Shown here: piece by piece, positions 53,605-64,000 of the stretch
Numbering within the stretch: position 1 is the first letter of the stretch
Layout of the letters: each line of letters begins with the position of its first letter
Assembly: GCA_051362555.1 (NCBI GenBank)
Contig: CM120643.1
Location: 27,346,848-27,410,847 of the forward strand
Reading direction: 5' to 3'
From: Lingula anatina
Lineage: Eukaryota > Animalia > Brachiopoda
Length of the DNA stretch: 64,000 nucleotides
Made by a program: the position numbers and the translations under genes
Notes under the pieces: model-generated
The model's database searches: none
Told to the model about the DNA's origin: nothing
What the model saw: only the letters and a program-made list of their open reading frames with translations

Positions 53605-56600
53605 ATGGCAACAGCCAGACATAAGGATCAGTTAAAGAGCTATCTAGCATCGCACAGAAGTCCGGGGAAGGTGGTTGCTGATAGCAAGTCTGTCGGAAAC
53701 GCAGGGAAAAAGTCCAAAATTGAAAATGACAGGTGAATATTTTAATTCACAGTGTACATGTACCTGCTTGAAAGTTAGTTCCGAAAAAATTAAAAGAATA
53801 ATAATGATAATGGCTTTTTGGGCCCTTTAATATCCCAGATAATATTTACACCATTTTTATTCATAAACAAATCAAAACATTTCAAAATATAGTTTATAAT
53901 ATATTTTATTTATTTGTTATTATTTATATACTTTTACAGACCCTCATCAGGAGGTGACGTAAATAATATAACCAGAAAATTCACGAAATCTGTTAACGTA
54001 TCCTCGGGACCAAGTTCTCCAGCATCAAAACCCCAAGACAGGAAAGTAGCAACAAGACACCCACACATTAAAACTGCAACCAGTGTCACAAGAAGAGGGA
54101 ATTCAGTCAAACCTGGCAAAGTTTCTATCAACGAGTAAGAAGGTTTTATTTGGTTTAAGATGTTTTAATGTAATGAGAAAGATTTCAGAACATTTAAACT
54201 TTGCCATTGGGTTAAAAGTCATACTTAGATTATATGTAAAAAAAAATGTTTCGTTATGGTTTCTTAGCCTACATTATTTGTATCTTTGTATTTGTTCTAG
54301 CATCATCAAAGAATTTTTTCAACTTTTTAATTATCTTTGTTGCTAGCACACCATTGAATTTTTGTTTTTTCCCCACGTTAAATATGTATACAATGTATAA
54401 GTCAATTTTAGACCTATTTTAGCTTTTAATAAATGTTTTTTTATTTTAGCCTCCCAGATGAAGTTTTACTTCAAGTATTTTCAGAGCTTGGAGCAAGTGA
54501 CTTGCTGACGTCTGCCAGAGTGTGTACAAGATGGAAGACCCTTGCAAATGACAAGTTAGTCAAAAGTTCTTTAATTGGGCAGTATTTCTAGTTATTGGGC
54601 GGTAGTTTTCTGCCCCATTAAAGATGAATTCCCTTTCATAATATCTGTTTCCCCTTGCTCTCAAATTTTTTTCTCATATATCCATTGGAGTTAAAATCAG
54701 AAATTCCAAAAAAGTTTGAGTGAGGAATAGATGTTATTTGGTGTAAATACTGTCGGGAAGTCCTACTTTATTCATGACTTTGTTTGTTTATTAATTTCTA
54801 AATTTTATTTACTTTTGTAAATTGGAAACTTCTTTGTTAAATTGTATTTGTATGAATGAATTAACAGACAACATTTTTTTTATTTCAGTAAACTGTGGCA
54901 ACAGATGTTTAAACTGTATGCAGTGAAGGTGAAAGGACCCCTGCCAGAGATACCACAACACCCCCCAACTGCCTTCTGGAAGAAACACTGTATTGACAGG
55001 TACAAATAACTTAAATAACCTTACAGTTGTTAAAGTTAAAGATTAACACTGCCAGGATACCACAACACCCATCCACATCCTTCTGTATTACCAGGTACAA
55101 ATAATGTACTAAATAATGGAACAGTTATAAAATATCAAGATTAACACCAGGTTTGTATGAGCCTTAGACTGCATTCCCATAATCTTAGTCTGTACTAGAA
55201 GGATCGATCTATATCGGCCAAGATTTTCACTAAGACCAAGTCAGTTTAATCAGCTTAATTGTCTGGCACTCCCCCTGGCATAGCAACATGATTACCTTCA
55301 TAGACCACAAAGTTTTCCCAACTTTACCCAAGGATTTTAAGTGAAGAGAGGCGTGCCAGACATTTAAGCTGCTTAAACTGAATGCAATTTAGTGAGTATC
55401 CCCAAAGAGTTACATCAATCCAGCTAGTACGTGTGCTAGATTTATGGGAACGCTCACTTAGTGTTTTCTTTTGTCAAAAGGTGGTGACACTTGTTAAAGC
55501 CAGATTCACATTGTGGCGGTGAGAAACTTTTATTATTTGAAAAGAAAAACTTTTATACAAAATGCTAACTTTATTTCAGGTGTTCTAATCATAGAAATTC
55601 AAGGGCACTGGCATTACTGAAGAAGCAGAGTCCATTTACATGTTTGCCAATGAAAACCAAAGAAGCACTTCAGTGAGTAAATGATCACAATTATCTTTTC
55701 TCTCGCTCTTCAAGAGTTGCGTTATTTGGTAAACCTGCTACACCTAAGGATAAAAATGTTTGCAATACATGGCAGTCGCACTTTTACTCAGTACATGTAC
55801 ACAAACTCCAGGTACAGAAGAGTTCCCACTGTCATGCACATCATACTCTTCTTTAGAATCATTAAATTTCAAGGAAAATGTTATGATTGGGGTGCTTGGC
55901 ATTGAAAATGTGAAAATTAAAATCCATTTTTTTAATTGGTTAATTAAATAAGTAAGTAGGTACCATTTTGCGTGGGCACATGGATATTCATGTGAACACA
56001 CACAAAACAAGTCATTAAGTTTTCACACTCAAGTATTTCCTGTCTCCATGGTTACAGGAGGGCTGGTGTCAGGTGGCATCTAGTTCTGACAGACAGCAGT
56101 AGCGTAGAACACACTTTGGTCTGCCGCGATGTCCTCTACTTCCCTATGTCTGTGACCTTGAGGTGGTATGACCTCCAGATGCCCTCTCTGGCCAGCATCA
56201 GGAAATTAGCAATTTATGCTGTGAATCCAGTCTTTTTCAATGACAAGGGAGAACCCTACAAGAACAGGTAATGGTAATAAGCTTGAATATACTTTTTAGA
56301 TATTCTGTTTTTGAAATGAAATAGATGCAAGTGATATTTTTGGTTCTTTTTTTTTTTAACGAGAAGTGTTAAATCCAATACTGTGTTGCATGCAGTGTTG
56401 TTTAATTTTGTTTTATGAGATTTAAATTAAATAGTGTCAGTGGGATATAAATTTAAGATTAAAAGAAGTAAAGAGTTTGTGGCCAACTGCAGTAATTTTC
56501 TGACATTACCATGAATTTTGCATGGGGGCCGTAGCAATAGTCCGAAGGTTCAATAGTCCGAAGGTTCATTGGTCCGAATATTCACTATAGAACCTTCGGA

Positions 56601-59600
56601 CCAATGAACCCTTGATTAAAAAATCGATGAAAATGTTACCACTTCTCGGACCAATGAACCTTCGGACTATCGAGACACCCCCCTTTGCATGAACCAATAC
56701 ACAGCAATGCCATTATTTTTGACTTCTCGTTCATTGTAGTCCCTGCCAGAGATCTCTACTTAAAGAAATGCCATTCGAATGGAGGAAATTGTCTTCTAGA
56801 TTAACTGTAGATGGCGCTGATGACCAAGTCCTTGTTCACTGCTTGTCTGATTTAGGGATACTGCTGGCAAGATGGAAGGTTTGGGAGTTTATTATGTTGC
56901 CATGACTACAAAAAACAGAACATAAGCCGATAATTGGAAAATTTTTCTCGACATTTTTTTAAAAATATTTTTTTCTAAGTTGGACAGCAGTAAGCACACG
57001 ATTTTGTCTTTTAAATTATATCTTGTTTCATAAATTAATTTGACTTGAGCTGATTATTAAAATACATCAAGCTGACATATAACACATACACAATTTTGAA
57101 AAATATTACACGTATAAAAGTTCAGAAATTGAAAAAAAATGTGTCAAGTGACACCTATTCAAGATACAGCCCTTTTTTTTCATATTTTAGGGGGATGGTG
57201 AGTTGGCATTTATTGCTGTGTCTCTTCATTCCAACATGTTAGTACAGAGGTGCCTTAAAGGAACAACAGACAGGTATGGAAAATATTGTATAATATTGTA
57301 ATTCTTATTAATTTAATTTAATTTAATTTTTTATTGTGAAATTTGATAAGAAGGACATTTACTGACTGGGTTGTATCATTTGTAAAGGAAATGCATATAC
57401 AACTGAATGATATATGATGATAATAATGATATTTCTATTTAGTCAGAGGTTGAATCTGTTAAAAGTGATAATAGTCTTAACAGTTTGTAGTTTGCAGAAA
57501 TAAAGTTATTAACATAAATTTAATCTGGGACAAAGCAGTTGCTTAGAATATGTGACATATAATTACAAATTTAATAATTAACATGTATTTATTAATCCTG
57601 CCTAATTGGTGATCTTTCAATACTTAATTGCTGGTTTATAATTCTGAGATCATGAATTTTCCTTCAGCGCCTACCTCCCCACCCCACACAAGATTGTAAA
57701 GGATGATGTTGACTCTCAGTATGGTGAGGTGGATGTTGTAATGTGAAGACCTGGTTTATTAATTTTCTTTGAAATGCTTACTGACTCAGAGCCTTGTTTA
57801 ATTATTACTTACAGTAACTAAGATGGTCACAGAAAGAAAAGACAGAGCATATTATCACTGATTCACTGTAACAAATGTTTACCTGTTTAAAAAGCTAGGC
57901 GCATGCATTCAAAATTGTAAAATTTAACGTTTATTTAAATTGTTTTCAATTTTTTTTTTATTTTAACATATTGAGGTTAGCATGTTTTGAATTATTTTGT
58001 TATGAAAGCAAGTTACTGTTAAGACAAGATATAAACAGAATTGATCATTATATTTTCCAAAATATTATTTAGATGTTATATAATTGCCAGTGAAATAACA
58101 GAGTCAAGAAAATCAGTTTTGCCATTGTGTTAATTTTATATTACTATATTTTGTAATTTATATAATTTGTTTATATGTTGTTAGGTCTCCATGGTTACTC
58201 ATGTACAGTAGAGCTACGTAATTTCAGAAATAGCTACTGGAGTCAACAATTTCAACATTTACACTGCAAGAGAGAACACATGGGTGAGTGGGTTATTATT
58301 AAAAAAAAAACATTTTTCAATGGCAATATTTGCCTTAATTCAATAATATTTCTCCATTTTTTAAAAATTAAAAAAAGTACTCAGGTAGATGCCATCCCAA
58401 AATATTTTTGTAGCACCCCATTGTGAATTTTTTTCTTTAAATATGGTGCACAAGACTTTGTTAATTTACTCTCCAGCTAGAGAGAATTCCAGAACCCCAA
58501 AACAGTTTTTATTTACTAACAAATCAATGAATAATCATTATATCATTATGTATTCTATTGCTAATTGATATTTACATTATGATCATACTTCTCAGCTGAA
58601 ATTCTAGGTGGTACGTAGGTGTGGCATGTGCGTGATTAATGAAAACAATCGATTTATGGTAGCATAATTTAATAAGAATTATGAGGATGTCAGTAATAAC
58701 CATATATAAATAATGATTTTGAATAACTTAATTTTAATGGTTAATATGTTTCCTATCCAGGTGGTGGTTTTGCTGTGCTGTGTGCAATCCGTCCAGACTT
58801 CACCTCTGATCATGTGCCAATAGATAAGAAACTCAATCTGCCATGGAAAACTGATCTTTTCAAAAACATTGTGCAGGTAAAATAACAAAAAAAGGCCTCT
58901 GTAGAGTTTCTGAAATTGCTGCATAAAAAACCTCATATTTGTGACATATTGAGTGATTTTACACATATTTTTGTATTATTGTTTTACTGAACCTACAAAG
59001 TAATCTAGCCAAAATGACATTGTAACCTGATCACCAGGGGACCATTCCCACAGATATTTGGATCTATCTATCTCCCTGGGGAGTCTCACTAAATTGCTGT
59101 CAAACTAACTGCCTAAACGTCTGTCATGCCTAGTAAAACTGTTAGGGGGTAATTATCTTTACCCCTAGCTGATTCGGTAGGCATGACAGACATTTAAGCC
59201 TCTTGAGCTGATAGCAATTTAGCGTGAACCCCCAGTGAGTTAGGTTGATCCAGATGGATCGATCTAAATATGGGAACCCAGTCCAGGACTTCTGATGATG
59301 GATCATGTTTAGAAGTCCTATAAAAAAATAGAAAAAAAACTTGACAATTCTGTTGTCTCAACTAGATGTTTCTATAAACATACAAAGTTAAATGTTTCTG
59401 AATATATACGTCTCGAGTTTGTGAAAATATAATAATAATTTCTTGAATTCTGTAAATGTGACAAACTTCTCAAAAATTTCTCTTGATGCTTTCCAGAAGT
59501 GGATTTTTGTGGCTTCTTTTCTCTTGATGTGTTCAGTTTGTATAATTTACATTATTATAATTCTGAATCAAAATAAAAAGTGGTTTATGTCCTATTCATT

Positions 59601-61348
59601 TATACTCGGACAACTGTGTGTTCTTTTCAGGACGTTTGCGTCTTAGATTTGACATTACTTGATGAAAGAAAAGACCCGATGTGGTGTATCAGGTAAGGTA
59701 ATGACTTGGATCATAGCAATAGGGGAAAAATATCAATGTTTCAGATACATAATTTTGGAATTATTAAAATACATGCCTGTGTAGCATTTTGGTGCTTTTA
59801 CTGTATTGTATATAACTATAATAGTTTGCTTTACAATTGTGTTTCTACCACTCAGTAGGAATGTTGTAAGAGTTACTTAAATAAATAACAGTATCTGTAA
59901 AATTCAAAATTTTCCCCATTGAAACGACTTGTCGAGTCTTTACCATAAACTAAATTTTAATATTTCTAAATTATTTATTAATAGGTGATTCAAGATGGTT
60001 CAGTGCTGTAATTAAAATGAAGACATTTTGACAATAAAATTATTTTAGTATTTTATAAATTATTCCTGGGAGTTAATTTTTAAAAGAAAATTTGCCAACA
60101 CATAGCCAGATTTAACTAATTCTTTGACAAGTGGAATTTCAATATTACGCCAGTAAGAAATCCAAAGTCAGCTGTACTGAGCTTATCCCAATACTCTGCC
60201 TTTGTTATCTTTCAGCTCACCAGTGGCAGTACATCAACCAAAACATAGTATGGGTAAGTCTTTACACAGTGGCTTCAGTTTTGGGATTTTCAAAAATCAT
60301 TTAGTCCTGAGAACAAGAAGTTTAATCTTATATCCAGTTCAAAATAGGGTAATTACTAGTCCAAGGGCCATATATGGTGACCCACTACAAAGCTTGCTGT
60401 CTAATCTGCTAATAGACACTGAATAGATATCCCGTGGGGAAGCATTCAAGTGGGTCGGCCATATTTGACCCTCAGACTAGTTAGTCCCCTGTTCTGAATG
60501 AGGCCTTAGATCTTATTTTTGGCCAGTGTATTATGAACCCTACATCCAAATTAAGTTGTATGTTGGATGCGCCACTCTCCAGCTATTACTTTAACCTTCC
60601 ATCTTATTTCATGAATACCACCCTTACAATATTGAAAAATCATGTTCTTTTCAGTGAATTACGACTATGGGGGCGACATGTACCACATTGCCTATGCTGA
60701 TAACAGAGGCAGAGTAACACTGCAGTTAATATGGGTATGTTGTCTAGACATAAAAAAACAAGGAGAAATAAGGTTTCTACATACATTTACATTACCAGTA
60801 TGTAGAAGGTTGAAACAGTAATATAGAGTTATCATACATATAATTTTATAAGTATTTCAATGTGCTGCATAATATGTATGTGCATAGTGGTAAGGATTTG
60901 TTATAGTGTGCACTGCTTCATACACACTGTTCATGGTACATATTCATTATATACTGTCTCAAACAATCTCAAAGTGAAAGTAAAGTTCAGTTCTTATGTG
61001 TTGCACTCCTCATACATCTCAGCACTTCTTACATTGGAGACCTGGTCAGACTAGGTGTTTACACTCTCACCTTCCTGGGGAGGAGACAGTCTGTCATGCA
61101 CCCCCTCCCCCTCTATCCTTCCCCCCTCTCTCTCTCTTTTTAATGGATTGATTGACTTTCTATATTATCTATATAATTTAATTAATTAATTATAAATAAA
61201 TTTAATAGAAGAATGGATTGTTTCAGTTAAACTGATCAGAAACTTGTCTGTTTTTAAGGAACCAGAGAGAGAGCAGCTGATAATAACCTGTTTGGAACTG
61301 TCTCTCTCTTCTCAAGCCATCAATCATTGGTTTGGAACAAGTTATTGA
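53605..61348 (+). CDS. FBXO15: F-box only protein 15, 15 coding exons
   Basis: Exons 53605-53732, 53940-54134, 54450-54554 (F-box DLPDEVLLQVFSEL..ARVCTRWKTLAND), 54889-54999, 55580-55672 (SPFTCLPMKTKEAL), 56058-56267, 56740-56878, 57191-57273, 57668-57724, 58185-58283 (GLHGY), 58761-58876 (LPWKTDLF), 59631-59692 (LDLTLLDE..PMWCISSPV), 60216-60253, 60655-60734, 61259-61348 (INHWFGTSY*). Motifs match FBXO15 as I recall it. Confidence 0.9.
56525..56683. mobile_element. Short MULE-like MITE with 16-bp subterminal repeats
   Basis: GGGG..CCCC termini; TRGTCCGAAGGTTCA units in inverted orientation in each arm; TTTGCATG duplicated at both flanks. Confidence 0.75.
59037..59285. mobile_element. MITE family A copy (palindromic variant)
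   Basis: Same termini; arms symmetric around AGGGGGTAATTATCTTTACCCCT. Confidence 0.7.
60331..60505. mobile_element. MITE family B copy in a FBXO15 intron
   Basis: Shares GACCCACTACAAAGCTTG..ATAGACACTGAATAGATATCCC with 10505-10679. Confidence 0.8.
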
Positions 61349-62025
61349 CACCTTTTCCATAGCAGACTTACGCATCCAGCAGGGTCTAGAAACGTGTTGT
61401 CTGGCATCAAATACCGCTACAAGACACAGGACTGTGGATGGTTCAAATACCAGCAGAAGATTCATGGAAGACAAAGGTCTATGCCATCTGTACAAGTTCT
61501 GTGGCCAGCTACTGTGTGCATAAGGCCTTTTACAGGCCCAGAGGTACGCTTCAAAGTACACTTAATTTGACCTGTCCTCTCTGAGAGACCAGCCTGGATA
61601 TTCAGACAGTCTGTTACTGGAGTGGAGCCCACGCAAATAACACAGTCAGTGACGAAGCAAGCTCAAGTATGAGAAGGTGTGAAAGTGTGCAAAATCTTCT
61701 GAAGTGTAATTGTCATTAAGCTGGCCTCTCAAAATAGTGGACTGGTCCAGTTTTGATTTGAAAAGGGCCGTAACTCAGTGGGCCCCCGAGGTACTACTAG
61801 TCCAAATCCTAGTTGAGCCAGCCTGACCATGACATCTCTGGACAGTGGCAAAATAACAGCTAAAATTGTCAGGAGTCTGGTTGGACGTGTCACTTTGAAA
61901 AACTGTTTTCACCTAAATGCTTATGTTCACTTGTCACAGACTGGGGGCCAACACAGACAACTGCAATATCGACTTTTGAAATGTACCTTTTTTATGTTGG
62001 GTTCTGGGAGATAACAGACAGTATC

Positions 62026-62029
<4 letters not shown>

Positions 62030-62078
<49 letters not shown>
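62030..62078. repeat. (TA)n microsatellite
   Basis: Direct reading; others at ~27924-27968 and ~34717-34746; poly-T tracts at ~18152-18191 and ~49404-49455. Confidence 0.9.
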
Positions 62079-62080
<2 letters not shown>

Positions 62081-62748
62081 TGTACTGTCCACATGATGTC
62101 TTGAAGTTCAAGGCTAGATTACTATGAAGGTCAAGGTCAGATGACTATTAAGAAATGGCCCCATGTGATAGATAAACAGGGACTTCATTTAATGTTTGTT
62201 AATAGCTGTCAGTGCAAGATAATCTGTGATATTTTCTTTTAATTTTTCTTTTATCATCAAATTCTGTCTACATATAAAAGATAGTTGAATTACTTTTCAC
62301 CATTGTATTTTGAATAAATAAAAGTGAAAAACAAACAACCATGGTTTAACTAGTGTTTTTTGTCCTCCATTTTTATTTACACCTAAAACACCAACTTTGT
62401 TTTGAACAACTAACAACTGAAACAAGCAAGGCTTAGTAGCAAATTTTTCAACACATTCTTTTTCAACTTAGCTCTTCATCTCATTCCACCTGTGAGTGCC
62501 TTCCAAGTGATAGAAACCAAATCTTTAAAAACCTTACTAAGGAGTAACTCAATGTGCATACGTATAAATTGCAATCAACTATGTTAAAAGATGAGTTTTT
62601 CATCTTCTTTATGCACTCCTGTACTTGTCACTGCAATTCATCTGTAAAACCAATCCAACTCAATAAAACGGTGGATGGTTTAGATTAAAGGCCATGTTAT
62701 GTATCGGGTAGTGCACCAAAAGCCAGTTTCATCTGCTCTTCATAAGTT

Positions 62749-62883
62749 TTACTTTGCATATTCTTTAACGCTGGTTCCATATTTATTTTCCCAGTATTCT
62801 AAGACATCCTTCTTCAATTGCTCTCGTTTAGCAAAATACTTTGGGTATGCCGCCTTCTCCTCTTCTGCCCATTCATCCAGCAA
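62749..62883 (-). CDS. NDUFB9: Terminal coding exon of NADH dehydrogenase 1 beta subcomplex subunit 9 (upstream exons not identified in window)
   Basis: After acceptor ttgcag: LLDEWAEEEKAAYPKYFAKREQLKKDVLEYWENKYGTSVKEYAK*, matching the NDUFB9 C-terminal motif LDxWxxxEKAxYPxYFAKREQ. Confidence 0.8.
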   Translation of the reverse strand: MLDEWAEEEKAAYPKYFAKREQLKKDVLEYWENKYGTSVKEYAK

Positions 62884-64000
62884 CTGCAATGAAGGATTGT
62901 ACTCATTACTTACAGTCTAATATCCAAGTAGGTTCAATAAACATAATCTGTCATTCTTTGCTAGTGATTACAAAATGTTGAATTTGACCGAAAATTTCAA
63001 ACTTTCTCTGGGAAGCTGTTATTTTGCGATGTGATAGCTACACCATCACACTTTATCATTTCATAAAAAGGGAAACAGCAGCTGCCCTTTTTAGGGCACA
63101 CAGGAGAGTTGCACAGCTATACCCACTAAATCCAAGACGCGTTACCCTGGGTAATATCTTTTGCACAAACTAATGAAAGTCTAATGGAATGTTTTCAGTT
63201 TTAGTTTAAATCATAAGGGGGTGTTGTCTCAATGCTTCAAAACTGGGTTTGAAGAATTAAATCCACATTTCATAATTAATAAAAATAGTGAATATGTGGG
63301 TCACGGTAACGTTATTGACGCGGGTACAAAATCTTTTTATAATCATGTAAATAATAACAATATTTTTGCTATTATCCATACACACTTCAATCATGAGGGG
63401 CACACCACTTTCACATGCTTTTAAAATGGAATTGACAAACACAGAGGAATAATGCACATATTTTATTTACTGTAACTCTGTCACATGGGACACACACTGA
63501 ACAAAGTTGATCTAAAGAATGTTCCAGATTGTAGTTTTTTATCTGAATTATTATTTTTTTATTATTATTTTAACACAATAAAGTTCAGTTAAATACAAAA
63601 TTTAACAAAATGAAGTTCAGTGTAACACAAAGTTCATAATTGTAACATTCTTCCTGACATATGTGGACCAATGGTGATATCTGTTCTGTGCTCACTAAGG
63701 CATCCACTCTTGGGATTCTGAAAAAAAATCACACAAAGAATCTGTTAACTTTGATAACGAACAATGGATAACCTAAGATCACAAATAGTTTATTGCTTAT
63801 TCAAACAAAATACAGTGCATTATGAGTGGCAAACACGCATTACTGAGACACATTTTCTTCACCCATTTTCGGTGCTTCATTGCGTAACGCAAGTGTTGCG
63901 AGTAATCCATTATTGCTGTTTTTACAGACGGTTAAATTTTAAACGCACGGAATAGAGTGTAGCAGCTTAATTTAAGACAAAACTAAAAAAAAGTAATTCA

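Noticed and set aside
63640-63717. Minus-strand acceptor and exon-like segment upstream of the NDUFB9 last exon
   Set aside because: No frame resembles NDUFB9 or another protein I recognise; cannot be assigned.

Overview
AT-rich, intron-containing DNA from an invertebrate animal (repeat families look lophotrochozoan/mollusc-like; this is inference). Gene-dense. Plus strand: single-coding-exon NUDT7 with a PTS1 signal, 8-exon uridine phosphorylase, a BTB-BACK-PHR gene, 15-exon RBBP5 and 15-exon FBXO15. Minus strand: HSBP1 with a U12-type AT-AC intron, the last exon of NDUFB9, and a multi-exon gene encoding a non-RD, NIK/Tpl2-like kinase fused to an OTU domain lacking the catalytic His (the main novelty candidate). 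Introns and intergenic DNA carry many DNA-transposon derivatives (ISL2EU-, Kolobok-, Tc1-, pogo-, Harbinger-, MULE- and Helentron-type), a 146-bp satellite rich in AGGTCA motifs, a Penelope-type minimal hammerhead motif, and three local duplications that copy splice sites. Exon boundaries were read by hand and family assignments come from remembered motifs; no searches were run.
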